Positions 24,903 through 38,460 of a stretch of 64,000 nt of DNA are shown in pieces. Positions within the stretch are counted from its first letter, which is position 1; the number at the start of each line of letters is the position of its first letter. Both the position numbers and the translations under genes were made by a program. Source of the DNA: Cetorhinus maximus (taxonomy: Eukaryota); the NCBI RefSeq assembly GCF_964194155.1, contig NC_135888.1, positions 116,622,001 to 116,686,000 of the forward strand. Reading direction: 5' to 3'. Under the pieces are notes generated by a model. The model was not told the origin of the DNA and ran no database searches. It worked only from the letters and a program-made list of their open reading frames with translations.

Positions 24903-25730
24903 CTCCACTTGCTGAGATGGGATTTTTAGTTTTGAGAGATGTACTTTGTTGCCTGACTTCATTTCTGCCAGACTACTGCCATGAGACTGGTTACCATAAT
25001 GCTCAGAAGGAATCTTTGGTTCTAATGATTCATTAGGGGCTTGATCCTGTCCATCCATAGGCCTTACATATGCAGTGGGTTTCTGTAACATTGAGTTGGG
25101 TTTGGACATCAATGCAGGAGTGAATGACTGCGAAGAATGCTGCCCACTGGCAGGAAATGTGTGAACACGTGATGGAGAGTCCCAGGTAGCATCCAGGTCT
25201 CGAGGAGATTTTGACCGATGCCGCTCCTTACTATGGTGGTCACTTCCTTGAGATCTGGAATGATTAGAACTTAAAGAAGAAGAAACTGCAGGTGGTTTAG
25301 CTGGACTGACCGAATGGGATTTTGAATGTTCAGATCCATGTTGGCCACTTCTCTTACGACTGCTGTATGAATCACGGTCGTGCCTCTGGCTACTGCTACT
25401 GCCAGTATTGCTGCTGCCACCACTAAGTCTTTGGCTACTGCCATGGCTGCTTTGCAACCCTGAACTTGACCTCTTCTGTGACTGTGAAGAAGTACCAGGA
25501 GCAGAAGTTGCTGGACCCACTGGAGTCCACTTACTACTTTGGTGAGATGTACCGTGTCTCTGCTCACCAAAAAAAGGTTGGTCAGGTTTCTCATCTGTAG
25601 TTGATGGAACTGTCCCTTTGGGTATGCCAATGAGCTTTTGAAGAGATTTATCTCCTATCAAGTCTTTCATTTCATCATAATTTCCCAACATGCTCTGGAT
25701 TCTGCTAGAAAGTTTATCTTCCGTTCGCCC
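24903..25730 (-). CDS. AFF4: AFF4 large coding exon ([23 protein letters not shown]...[12 protein letters not shown]...LKIPSQQVE)
   Basis: Acceptor aaatacag|GGG CGA, donor GTG GAG|gtaagc; 828 nt. Covers ORF 24849..25691. Contains AFF4-specific [11 protein letters not shown] and SKSPRD segments and the SIAH degron PTAYVRP. Confidence 0.98.
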
Positions 25731-26898
25731 CTGTATTTAAAAAAAAAATATATATTAAAGAGCAGAAAACTCAACTTTTAAATAAAATTGTTTAGCTTAT
25801 GATGAATGCAACAATTGACAGCTACAATGCATAAAGCGGCAACTTTGTGAATCATGACAATCACAATAGCAGGCAAAATACATCTACTGATACATACGGC
25901 CTTCAGTTTCAATTACAGCTGTCGCATTTTTTGGGATATGACCGAGAGAACCTATACTTGTTACATCATAAATCAACAAAAGGTCAAAATTACACGACCA
26001 GGTGCAGCTCTAACAATATCACAGAACCAAATACAGGTACAACCACAGTGTGGAGCCAGACAACAGTCAAAACTTTAGTATTGAACATTACCATTTAAAA
26101 ATACACCCTGAAAACAGGGTGAAATCTGATCCTGCATCTCTCTTACCCCAAAAAGTAGGACGTTTTCATTTAGGCTGTATCTTTCTCTGCTTGATTATGA
26201 CAAATTTGTTGAACTATGATTATTTGTGCAATGAATAAAGTTTACAGTAAAGGCAGCTATCATAGTGCCTTCGAAAAACTCAGTTTTACAATCCTTAAAA
26301 TTTATGAAATAATCGGGAAACTTAAGATTACATAGAATAGACCATAGCAAGAACGTAAGACATTGAACAAGCATGAAGTAGTAAACTGCCCTAAGTATAC
26401 ATGACACACATGCTATTGTGAAAAGTAAAGAAATAGTTTTGCTTTTTGGTGAACTGTGGCTCTTCACTACAAGGTTGAGTACCTCCAAGCGGCAGAAAAA
26501 CAAACTAACTTTTTCTCCTGAAACACATTCATGCATAGAAAATAAAAGTATAGCATGTTCAAAAAAGATTTAGCTTAAGCCCATCAAATTCATTTCACAC
26601 AAGACTCTTGAAGCCAAGACTTTCCATTTGGCGCCTGTGGAGTCCACAAAAATCTTTGTCATATTTGCCAATATAACATACATATCTAAGTAAATCATTA
26701 CATATGAAGCACCTTGAGGGGTGTAAATATTTTACATATTAAAAGCTTATTTATTCAGCTTCAAATTTGTTTTTGCCATCTCAAAACATTCCCATTTTAG
26801 GATCACAAGTGAATGGGACAGGACACATGGCTTCTTGTCCGAAATAAGCTGCATGTTCAAGGGTAATTATTAGCTTTGCTCACCCATATTTACTGTAC

Positions 26899-27025
26899 CT
26901 GTACTTTATACGGCTCAGCAAAGAGAGGGGAATTTCCAGCAAAAGTCTCTTCATTCTGAATTCCTTGATTTCTTCGCTCACGTTCTTTCATACGTAGTAC
27001 ATTTCTGTCTTCACGGTTCATGTTT
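26899..27025 (-). CDS. AFF4: AFF4 coding exon ([42 protein letters not shown]; P-TEFb/cyclin T1-binding N-terminus); canonical ATG at 27021-27019
   Basis: Acceptor ttttattatcag|AAAC ATG AAC CGT, donor GTA CAG|gtacag. [19 protein letters not shown] is the AFF4 N-terminus. Missed by the ORF track because it is under 60 aa. Confidence 0.97.
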
Positions 27026-28010
27026 CTGATAATAAAAAAAAAACAACCAGTTGCATTTCCAAAGAAATGTTGATGGCATGAATCTAAAAGAGTCTTTTAC
27101 AGACTGCAATTTTTGAGAAGATCTGCATGGGTGCCAAGTGTTACTTCATGTGTTAAAATGAGGAAGCCTCATAATTAATACAGATTTGGAAACGCAAATA
27201 AGCCAGACGCAGCCAGCAAAACAGACAACATAAGTTACTAATACATGTAGATGAAGTAAGAGCACAAACATGAGTTAGCAATATGGTTTTATGTTAGCTA
27301 TACTGACATCATTAGGTTCAGTACTTTCTCCAAACCAATCTTTTACCAATAAGGTAATCACCACTCCCACTTGATCAGAATCAACAGAAAAGTAAACTTG
27401 TAATAAAATGATGGCTGGAGACAATGACCTTCAAAAGAATTGAGGTATTAACAATAAATTTTACAAATCAAACACCTAGGTTTTGAGAACTGCTATTTTC
27501 ATATTGATTTTATAGTACAGTCCCTACAACTCCTGAGGACTTACTCAAGTTAATATGATGCGGTAAGTAAAACTGCTGCACAATGCACAGAAAATGCAAA
27601 ATCATGATATTCCCCAGGACTCCATCTCTGGCTCATTGTGATTCTTCCTAAATTCAGACTTGATTTGTCGCCATAACATATTGAAGTAATTCAATAAATG
27701 TTGTGCATCTCTGTTAGAGAGCAAATCAAATCAGAAGAATTTCTAAAAAGCTGGTGACAACTTGCTAAAATTATGAAGCTTCCACCCCCAAATATTGTTG
27801 AAATAGATGTTTCTTAAATCACATATTTGCAATTGACTTCAATGTTGACAGCTAGTGCACTTAGCAGATAAGTGCCATACTGTGATGAATGTGGATGGTG
27901 TAAATGGTGAGATCTGTGTATTCTGATATATCTACATATGATTGATTGGCAGCCTTGAGAGGTGATGGCATGTGCCTTGGTGGATAATTCAGTTAAACAT
28001 CACCTGGTAT

Positions 28011-28570
28011 TGTTAGCAGGCTATGCCTCTTTATTTCTGAAAATGGTTTTTCAACTTTCAATTGACTGGAAATTTATTTATTTGAACTGAGATAGAGCAA
28101 TCTGCTTAAAAATGCAAGGCCACATTCCAATGTGAAGATGAGAAACCAACAAATCACCCTCAGGGGAGTGTGAAGAGAGAGAAATTTCCTGTAATTCAGG
28201 CACCTTATCAAAACTCATAACTGCCGAAGGAAGAGACAGTAAAAATGCAAAGTACTGGATATTGAAACAATGGTTGCCAGAGACCTTATTTTTCATGTGT
28301 GTGCACCTGCTCCCTAATGGCTGTATGAGGGACGAAAGCTTGACATTGCATTTTATTATTTTTCTTGGGTTTAGTGGTTAATAAATTTGCTCTTTGACTC
28401 AACAAAACCTTGCTTTGGCCCCTTATTGCTCACAACTTAAGCAGTTAAATAAATTCTGATTTGGAAAAGGCATATCCTTGTCAAAAAGAAACTTAAACCT
28501 TTATCGTGACCAACCGAGGGGATTGAATAGAGGGGAGCCAGTTCACCACTTCTCACCTGGTCAAAAGCAA
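28011..28570 (+). repeat. 5' LTR of the Gypsy element (internally deleted)
   Basis: Begins with TG. 28018-28285 is a diverged direct repeat of 34505-34755 (for example ctgcttaaaaatgcaaggccacattcca, gagaaaccaacaaatcaccctcag, aagtactggatattgaaacaatgg). The 3' end is approximate. Confidence 0.8.
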
Positions 28571-30168
28571 TCTAAAAACTGTAATGCTAAAGTGCTAAAA
28601 TGTCCACATTCAATGTCAATGTGTTCATTGAACAGGATGAGATGACTGGTGAGAAGTTAGGGGCACTGTCCTTGGAAAAATTAAAAGGTGTAGAAGTGTA
28701 GGCATTTAGAGGTGGAGGTCTGCCCGAAAGCCAGAAAAACAGAAATTTTAAATAAGTGGCAAAACATCGAGGTGGAAATTGAGGATACTGAAACAGATAA
28801 TGAATTGTGAGGCGGGCGAGAGCGAGGGAGAGGATGAGAGAGAGAGAGAAAGAGAGGACAAGAGGGGCATGAATGGAAGGAGGAGGGTGAATTCCAGGAA
28901 AGAGAAAAGGGAGTTTAAATTAAAACAGCTTAAGCTGAGAAGGGAGGATCCCACTGTACTCATTGAAGACAGCCCTGGTGAGGAAACCACCTCCTAGCTT
29001 ACACTTTAGGGTGAAGGTATACAAGTTTGCCCATTTAATCTCTATATTTGATTAAAAAGAGGTGGACGCTATCTTTATCTCTTTTGCAAGGTTAGCACAG
29101 CAGTTAGTGCTCAACTCAACACCGGTCCCTGCTGTTGCTGAGTAAGCTGACAGGAAAGGTTCATGAGGTATACTCCCTCTTGTGCGAGGAAAGTGCAACA
29201 AGCAATGAAGCAGCAAAAAGGACTATTTTAAGTGTGTACCAGTTAGTGCTAGAGGATTACTGTCGGAAATTCCCTACCCTCAAAACAGCCTGACCAGATG
29301 TGTCTGGAATTTGAATGGTTTAAGCAGCTTTCTTTTGGCCGGTGGGTACGGGCACTTAAAATTGAGGCCACCTACAAATACCTTTGTGAAATAATTCTCC
29401 GAGTTCAAAACTTCCATTCTCTACCCATAAGAACTTACATAAAGGAACAGAGTGCCGTACAGGCAGGCAGCAACCTGGGCTGATGATTATGAGCTTATGC
29501 AAAAACCCTTGTCCCAAAGGAAACTCTTCCCTAGTCACCCCCAACCAACTGAGAAGGATAGAAGGTGGGGGAATGATAGGAAACTGAGTACCCATGGGAG
29601 AGAAGGGACAGCTGGAAACAGAGCGGGCCCTCCTCAGGTCAGAAAGAATGGTGCTGGGAAGAGGAGGGAGGCCAAGAAATCTGTATGTTATAACTGCCAC
29701 AAGGCAGGTCGCTTCCATGCTGAATGCTGGAGGTTATGGGAAAAACCCTTGATATTTGTTGGGGCACACAAACCCTGTGAAGAAAACACAAGTCAGAGAG
29801 CATTGCAGACCAGGCTATGGTTCTGACTGCAGCAGCAAATCCTTGTAGCAGCACTACTGAGAGTGCAGGTGAGTTTAAAAAAATCCCTACGAGGTACAAG
29901 TATTTTGTATCAGAAGGAAGAGTGGCACATTTACCCAGAGCGAGGAGAGTAAGCCTAGAGTAATATGGAGGGATACAGGGGCCAGCGAAACTCTACTGCT
30001 GAGAAAAGGCAGTCCTTTTCCACCAGTAAGTGCTAAGGTGTTGGTAAAGGTTATTGAAGACGAGGGGGGGGGGGGGCGCGCGGCTGGTGGTGGTGGTGGT
30101 TCATGCCCATGCCCATCCCCTTATACCATGTGCGACTGGAGTGCAAACCTGTGGGAGGATCATGGGAG

Positions 30169-31336
30169 TTTTTTTTATTCATTTACGGGATGTGGGCTTT
30201 GCTGGCTGGGCCAGCATTTATTGGTCATCCCTAGTTGCCCTTCAGGAGGTGTTGGTGAGCTGCCTTTTTGAACCACTGCAGTCCAGTCCATGTGGTGTCG
30301 GTACACCAGCAGTGCTGTTAGGGAGGGAGCTCCAGGATTTTGACCCAGGGACAGTGAAGCACCAGTGATATATGTCCAAGTCAGGATGGTGAGCGACTTG
30401 GAGGTGGTGGTGTTCCCATCTATCTGCTGCCCTTGTTCTTCTAGATGATAGTAGTCATGGGTTTGGAAGGTGCTGTCTAAGGAGCCTTGATGAATTCCTG
30501 CTGTGCATCTTGTAGATGGTACATACTGCTGCTATTGTGCGTCGGTGGAGGAGAGAATAAATTTTTGTGGATGTGATGACAATCAAGCGGGTTGCTTTGT
30601 CCTGGACTGTGCCAAGCTTCCTGAGTGTTGTGGAGGCTGCTTTTATCCAGGGTAGTGGGGAGTATTCCATCCCACTCCTGATGTGTACCTTGTAGATGGT
30701 GGACAGGCTTTGGGAAGTCAGGTGAGTTACTCATCGCACGATTCCCAGTCTCTGACATGCTCTTGTAGCCACAGTATTTATATGGCTAGTCCAGTTCAGT
30801 TTCTGGTCAATTGTAATCCCCAGGATGTTGATAGCGGGGGATTCAGTGACGGTAATGCCATTGAACGTCAAGGGGTGATGGTTATATTCTCTCTTGTTGG
30901 AGGTGGTCATTGCCTGACACTTGTATGGCGTGAATGTTACTTGCCACTTGTCAGCCCAAGCCTGGATATTGTCCAGGTCCTGCTGCATTTGGACATGGAC
31001 TGCTTCAGTATCTGAGGAGTCACGAATGGTGAACATTGAGCAATCATCAGCGAACATCCCCACTTCCGGCCTTATGATGGAAAGGTGGTCATTGATTAAG
31101 CAGCTGAAGATGGTCGGGCTGAGGACACTAACCTGAGAAACACCTGCAGTGGTGTCCTGGGGCTGAGATGACTGACCTCCAACAACCACAGCCATCTTCT
31201 TTTGTGCTAGGTATGACTCCAACCAGTGGAGAGTTTTCTCCCTGATCCCCATTGACTCCAGTTTTGCTAGGGCTCCTTGATGCCACACTCAGTCAAATGC
31301 AGCCTTGATGTCAAGGGCAGTCACTCTCAACTTACC
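30169..31336 (-). mobile_element. 5'-truncated LINE (same family as 48854-52072) inserted into the Gypsy protease
   Basis: ORF 30731..31288 (WHQGALAKLESMGI...MFADD...) nearly matches ORF 50959..51258; A-tail appears as the T-run at 30169; Gypsy protease sequence resumes after about 31337. Confidence 0.93.
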
Positions 31337-34300
31337 AGGTGAGAGTCATCCCCAGTTTGCCTGTGGATGGGATTGACCTACTCCTCGGAAATGACTTGGT
31401 GGAATCAAAGTTGAAGACATCCCCTGTAGTCTCAGGTTGACTGAGGTCAGGGGGACAAAACATCTGCAGGAGGAAATTCCTGACATTTTCCCTGACTGTG
31501 TGGTAACTTGGTCTATGGCCAGCCAAGCACCGTCAGAGGAGGCTGAAGTGGCTCTGCAGACAGATGACCCTACTGTTCGGCTATCTTAGATCTTCTTCAG
31601 GAGTCTAGAGGCCTCCGAGGTAATAAATAGGTCTTCCTTGGAGTTAAGCAAGCCAATCCGCTGTTAAGAATGTTAGCTTCAGTTTGGGCAGCCTGGGTTG
31701 AGGCAGAGGGAATCTGAATGCTACAACATTAAAAAGCTGGTGCTGATGAGGAAGTGGAGACCCCCTCAGAGACCTGCAAACGAGGAGTGGACAGTGATCC
31801 ACCAGGTAGTGGTGCTGTCGGGGTACCATTGGGAAATATTAAAGCTAGTACACAAAATCTCAATGGCTAGGCATGATGGTATATGAAAAACACAAGCCCG
31901 CATCAGCCAGCATTTTAACTGGTCTCACCTCCACAAGGATCTGCTAGGGTTTTTCAGAACCTGCCACACCTGCCAGATTGTGTAAAAATCCCAGCCTGCA
32001 ATAAAACCGGCACCTATGATTCCCGTGCCGGCTTTAGGGGAACCATTGAGCAAGTGGACTGCATGGGGCCCCCGCCCAAAACAAGAGTGCTATCAGTATA
32101 TCATTACCAACATCGATGTGGCTTCTCGCATTCCAGAGCACATTTCCCCAAGAACCATATCTGCCAAAATAGTAAAAGCGGGGGGGGGGGTGTCGAGAAT
32201 TAACACAATTCTTTACCCAGTATGGACTGCCCATCGAGATCCAGTTGGATCAGGGCTTAAATTTCATGTCCCGAAATTTCCAGGAAATCATGGGTAACCT
32301 GCGCCTGACCCAGCTGAAGTTCTCAGCATATCACCCTCAGTCGCAGAGGGTGCTAAAACGGTACCACCAGGCTTTAAAAACAATGATCAGGACATACTGC
32401 CATGAAGATCCACATGACTTGGATAAAGGGCCAGGTTTCCTTCTGTTTGCTACCAGAGACTCATCTAATGAGTCCACCGGTTTTACTTCATTTAAATTGG
32501 TTTATGGGCATCAAGTGACAGGTCCATATAGAAAAGAAGGAGGAAGTCTCCATGTTAGACTATGTAACCATGTTCTGTGAGTGACTCACAAGAGCCTGTG
32601 ATGTGGCTCAAGAATACTTAATCCCTCAAACAGCTATGAAAAAAGAAACAGGCAGACAAACATGCCAGGTCCCAAACCTTTCAGCCAGGAGACTACATGA
32701 TAGTGCTCCTATCATTACTGGGTGAAGCCACAAAAGCCCTGTTCAGCAGTTGTAAGAGTGCAGTAAGGACACTTGGGAAGGTAAACGACCTGATTGCTCT
32801 TCTCTGCAGTCTGGAGTGTCAAAGGCTGTGTCATATCAACATGATAAAACAATATCACAATCGAGAAGAGGACAAGCAAGTAATGGTTTGTCCAATAACA
32901 ACAGACCCAGAGGGCGAAAGGAACAGTAAGGATGAGTTGGACTGAGACATGGGTGAGGCCCACATTGAACCCCCTACCGTCTGGCTAGCAAACAGAAATT
33001 CAAGCGAAATTAGACACCATATCGTTGTTCTGCGTTTAGATGGGTGGATGAGATCTGACAAGGCTGCTCACTGCATTTAAAAACATCTGGAGGCACAAGC
33101 CAGGCTGTACCACTTTAGTTCTACATGATGTGGATGTGGGAGAGGTCCCTCCCACAAGACAACATCCCTACTGTTTAGGTCCAGAAAAACTGGACCAGGT
33201 TCAGGAGGAGCTAAGCTACATGCTGCAGCGCCAACCAATAGAGCCCAGCATCAGTAGCTGGAGCTCCCCAGTTGTGCTTGTACCCAAGCCAGATGGCTCC
33301 ACAAGGCTCTGCATGACTACCGCAAGGTTAATGCAGTGACCAGAGCCGACTCCTACCCAATCCCTTACCTGGAAGGCTGCATAGATAGGGTAGGTAACGC
33401 AGCCGAAATTACAAAGGCAGATTTACTCAAGGGGTGTTGGCAGGTTCCCTTGACTGCCCGTGCAAAGGAAATCTCCACCTTTGCGAATCTGGATGGGCTG
33501 AGTGTTGAGTCATGCCATTTGGACTCAAATGCCCCAACCACCTTTCAAAGGCTGATGAACCAGGTAACCGTGGGCTTATCTAATTGTGTAGTATACTTAA
33601 GACGACCTCCTAGCGTACTGTGAGTGACACCTGGGAAACTCAGAGCAACTGGAAGCCTTCTTCCAGAAATTGGTTAGCTGACCTAGTGGTCAATCTCACA
33701 AAGAGTGAGTTCGCGAAGGCTCACGTGACCTACCTAAGACACATGGTGGGTCAAGGACAAGTACTGCCCAGAGCTGCAAAGGTACAAGCAGTAGTAGTTT
33801 CCCATTCACACAACAAAACTGGAAATCATGAGTCTTTAGGGATGTGTGGGTCTGGCTGCAAATTCATCCCAAACTTCAACACTGTAGCTGACCTGCTGAG
33901 AGCTCTACAACAGAAAAAGGCAAAAGTAGCATGGACCAAAAAATACCAGACAATGTTTAAAAAGCTGAAAGCCATTTTAATAAACAAACCAGTGCTAGCA
34001 GCTCCAGGCTTTAACCAAGCAGTTGAAGTAGCCATTGATGCTAGTGACCTCTGGGAAGGGGCTGTCCTCCTCCAGCAGGAGGAATCAGGGATAGAGACAC
34101 CAATCGGGTACTTCTCAAAAAAACTGAACAAACATCAGAAATGGTTTTCCACAGTAGAAAAAGATAGCTCTCAAACACTTTGAGATATGTCCTAAATGAA
34201 TAGAGAGAGACCACAGTCTATGTCGACCACAGTCTGTGCCAACCACAGCTCTTTTGACCTTTGGGGAGAAATTCAAAACTCAGGATGCAAGGTTAGTCCT

Positions 34301-34496
34301 TTGGAGTTCATTTCTCCAACCATATCGCCTAAAAATCACCCACATTGTAGGGAAATTGCATGTGATTACAGACAGCCTGTCCAGAACTTAGAGACCAAGT
34401 TAGAACTGATAGGATAATCTAGGCCAAGGCTAAGAGAGTAAATGGAAGTAAATGTGTTTTGTTTTGTGCTTTTGTACCATGTGTGTGACTGGGAGG

Positions 34497-35100
34497 TCTT
34501 ATGAGGCTATGCCTTTCTATTTTTGAAAATATGATTGATCAACTTTCAACTGATTGGAAACCTTACAATTTGAATGGAGCAAACTGCTTAAAAATGCAAG
34601 GCCACATTCCATGGTGAATGTGAGAAACCAACAAATCACCCTCAGCAGTGTGAAGAGAGAGACATTTCCTAAAATCCAGACACCCATCGAAACTCAACTG
34701 TCTAAGGAAGAGACATTAAAAGTACTGGATATTGAAACAATGGCTGCCACAGACCGACACACCCAAAACCTTTTGGAAATACACAATGGGTGAAGTGTTT
34801 CAAGGCAAAGGCTGCTAGCCACTAGAGAGAGGTTGCAAGTGACATAGGCGGTGACAAGAAGGTCTTCAGCATAGGAAACAAGCTGAGGGATGCGCTCTCT
34901 CCCTCTCTCTTTTGGAATAAGCATGTTGCCTGGGTCAAGAAGCCAACTCTACCAAAATTTATCAGCAAACAGTGATCTTGTAATAATTGCAACATCATCT
35001 ATATCTGACCGCATCCAAGAAACCAGCTAATCTAAATTGGCCACAACATTTAAAATCTACTCCTCAAGGGCAATCAAAGGACACTTAGCCATATATTATT
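34497..35100 (+). repeat. 3' LTR of the Gypsy element (3' end uncertain)
   Basis: Follows a short purine tract gggagg (about 34491); direct repeat of the 5' LTR over about 260 bp, after which similarity is lost. Confidence 0.75.
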
Positions 35101-35389
35101 TTACCTAATACAGCCAATCTATTCAAACTGACAGCATACCTATTAATATCTGTATTTAGCTCAAGTATTATTAATGTTCTTTTTCAAAGAATTTTGAGCG
35201 GTATATCTTTGGCTGATTTTCCTCTAGCCAACAGGCAGGGTCCATCTTGGGTACATAGCTTTATTTAAAAAAAGGTTCTATGGTGGCATTTCACCACCTA
35301 AGGTGGTGATCAGCCATGCTTCAAAGGAGAATTTCATTTTGAGAGCTGATACAGGGGAAATATCCATTGTTTTGTTACTGAGAATAAAA

Positions 35390-35990
35390 TTTGCCTCTGT
35401 ACTGAACGACTTCTGATCAGCGATTTCAACCTCCATCTCAACTCATCATGCTCTATCTCCTGAGTTCACTGTCTTTTTATCTTCCTGAAATCTCTCCCAT
35501 ATAAGCTTCCCACCATATTCACGGGCCCCCATTGACCTAGCCATTTTACGCATAATCCCATCATTTCAAACACAGATAAGGCCATCTGATTCCTTGTATC
35601 ATCCTCCACCTGCATCCTCTTCCACACCAACTCTACCTCCTCCTGTATCCATTCCCGAAATAAAACATAACCCCCAATTCACTTACAACTGTACTTTCAA
35701 AACCCCAACTATTTAGTCCCCTCTGTTCCTAACAACATTCCTACAGCTCAACCACATTTGTGACTTGCTCAACCACACCCTCACCTCCACCTTTGATGCA
35801 CTAGTCCCCAGTAAAACCATTACTCTCCTCACCTGGCCATTCCCCTGCAACAGTCCTCATCTCCACTCCCTCAAGTCCCAGGAACTCCGAATTGATATGG
35901 CAGGCAACGGTTAGTCATCCACTGGCAGATCTGCCTGGACTATCTAAAACACTAAATTCCATTTAGAAAGATTCTACAAGGAGGAGGCAG
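35390..35990 (+). mobile_element. L2 LINE endonuclease-region fragment
   Basis: 'gatttcaacctccatctc' (DFNLH), 'cccaccatattcacggg...attgaccta' (PT..G..DL), C-rich L2-like composition. Confidence 0.6.
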
Positions 35991-35994
35991 CATC

Positions 35995-37590
35995 CCTGGC
36001 TAACTAAGTTAAGGATGGGATCAAATTGAAAGTCATACAATGCTGTGAAGGTTAGTGTTAGGCCTGAAGATTGGCAAAATTTTAGAAGCCAGCAAAGGGT
36101 GACTAAAAAACAATGAAGGAGAAATTAGAATGCGAGAGTAAACACAGGAGAAATATAAAAACAGGCAGTAAGAGCTTCTACAAATACATAAAAAGGAAAA
36201 CACTCAAGTGAGTGTTGGTCCCCTAGAGGATGAGATAGAGGAATTAAGAACAGCAGACGCTTTAAGCAAGTATTTTCTGTCTGTTTTCATAGTGGAACAC
36301 AAAAAGCATCCCAATGATAACAGAAAATCAAGGAGCAAAAAGGAGGAACTTAAAACAATCACTAGAGAAAACTGGTAGGAAAATTAATGGGACAAAAGAC
36401 TGACCTGATGGCCAGCATCCTAGGTTCTTAAAACAAGTGGCTGCAGAGATGATGGATGCATTGGCTGCAATCTTCCAAAGTTTCCTAGTCTCTGGAAAGG
36501 TCCAAGCAGATTAGAAAACTGTGAAGTAAACATCTCTATTCAAGAGAGGAGGGAGACAAAGCAGGCAACTTTAGGCCAGTTAACCCGACATCTGTCACTG
36601 GGAAAATGTTAGAATCTATTAAGTAGCAGCAGGACATTTAGAAAATCATAATACGATCAAGCAGTCAACGTGGTTTTATGAAAGGGAAATAGTGTTTGAC
36701 AAATTTACTAGAGTTCTTTGAGGAAGTAACAAGCAAGGTGAATAAAGGGGAACCAATATGTTGTGTATTTGGATTTCCAAAAGGCGTTCAATAAAGTGCC
36801 GTACAAAAGGTTACCATGCAAGAGTTCATTTTGGTGGCAATATATTAGCATGGATACAGGATTGGCTAACCAACAGGGAGTAGTTAGGATAAATGAGTCA
36901 TTTTCAGGTGGGCAAACTGTAACTAGTAGGGTGGCAGAGGGATCAGTGCTGGGGTCTTAACTATATTAATGACTTGAATTTGTTGCCCAGGATTGTAGCT
37001 AAATTTACTGATTATAAAAAGATAGGTAGGAAAGCAGGTTGTGCCAAGGACAGAGTCTGCAAAGGGACATATGTTGTTAAGTGAGTGGACAAAAATTTGG
37101 CAGATGGAGTATAAATGGGAAAATGGCAGAAACAATAGATTATTTTAATGGAGAGAGACTGCAAGATGCTGCAGTATGGAGGGATCTGAGTGCCCACGTA
37201 CATGAATCACAAAAAAGTTAGCAAATGGAATGTTGGCTTTTCTGCAAGGGGGATGGAGTAGCAAAGTCTTACAGCTGTACAAAACTGTATTGTGCACAGT
37301 TCTGGTCTGCTTACTTAGGAAGGGATGTAATTGCATTAGAAGCAGTTCACAGAAGGTTTAGTCGGTTGATTGCTGGCGTGAATGGCTTGTCTTATAGGGA
37401 AAGATCAAGCAGGTTAAACCCATATTCACTGACATTTAGAGGAATTAGAGGTGATCTTATTCAAACATAAAAAATTAAGAGGGCTTGATAGGTGAGAGAA
37501 TGCTTCCCCTTCTGGGGGAAGCTAGAACTAGGGGGTACAGTTTCAAAATAAAGGGTCTCCCATTTAAGATAAGATTAGGAGGAATTTCTA
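35995..37590 (+). mobile_element. Decayed CR1 LINE (ORF2 RT and 3' portion)
   Basis: YLDFQKAFNKVP, GSVLG, QFWSAYLGRD..ALEAVHRRF, RGDLIQT motifs. Confidence 0.9.
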
Positions 37591-38460
37591 AGAAATTTCT
37601 AAATCTCCTCTCACATGAACCCGCCCCCAACTATTTAGTTTAAAACAATCTACAGCCCTAGTTACACAATTCACCAGTGCACTCGTCTCAGCACGGTTGA
37701 ATTGAATTGTACCCAACGTTACAGTTCCAGTTTTCCCAGTACTGGGACCAGTGCCCCATAAACCAAAACCCATTTCTCCACAGCAATCTTTGAGCCACAC
37801 ATTCAACTCTGGAATCTGATCTATCCCATTCCAATTTTGCTTGTGGCACAGGTAGTAATCCAGATATTATTGCCACCTTTGTGGTTCTGCTTTTTAAATT
37901 TAGTCCCTAGCTGCTCATACTCCCTCACCAAAGGTTCTTAGTCCTACGTATGTCATTGGTACCCACATGAACCAAGAGAACTGGATCCTTCCCCTCCTAC
38001 TAAGTTCTCCAGCCCTGAGGCTGGCACCAGATGGGCAACATAGCCTTTGTCTCCAGTGAACAGTATCTATCCCCCAAATTATGCTGCTCCCTACGACAAC
38101 ATTTTTTTTACTCCCCCACTCGAATGGCTCCCTGCACCAAGGTGGTGTGGTCAGTTTGCTCATTTCCCTGTGGTCCCTGCTCTCATCCACACAAGTTGCC
38201 AGAACCTCTAATTTGCTGGACAATTGCAAAGTCTGAGGCTACTCCATTGCTACCTTCTGGATCCCCATACCTGCTCACTTGTGGTCACAACCTCCTGTCC
38301 CTGACCGCATACCAAATCTGAAGTACCTAGTCTAAAAGGTGCCTCCTGGAGCAAAATGTCCAGGTAACTTTCCCCCTCCCTGGCGCATCGCAGTGTCCAG
38401 ACTCCAGATCAACAAGTCTGAGCCAAAGTTGAGTTCCAGATACTTACTGCAGATCACATT
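37590..38460 (-). mobile_element. CR1 LINE ORF1 fragment with SGNH esterase-like domain
   Basis: Minus strand shows VVVGSSIIWGID (GDS-like block), HVGTND-encoding 'catgtgggtaccaatgac', IISGLLPVP, NVWL and GFWFMGHW, typical of CR1 ORF1 esterases. Confidence 0.75.

Larger units (their letters stand above)
28011..35100 (+). mobile_element. Gmr1-clade Gypsy LTR retrotransposon, decayed (LTR-gag-PR-IN-RT-RH-LTR)
   Basis: gag zinc knuckle CYNCHKAGRFHAEC (about 29685); protease RDTGAS (about 29970) and DLLLGNDL (about 31375); integrase H..C..C, DQGLNF, AYHPQSQ, LVYG (about 31850-32520); RT WSSPVVLVPKPDGS, DLLKGCWQVPL, NAPTTFQRLM; RNase H IDASD..GAVLLQ, YFSKKLN. Many frameshifts and stops. Confidence 0.93.

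Noticed and set aside
25271-25630. 119-aa overlapping ORF inside the large AFF4 exon
   Set aside because: Alternative-frame by-product of Ser/Gly-rich codons; no recognisable domain and no independent support.
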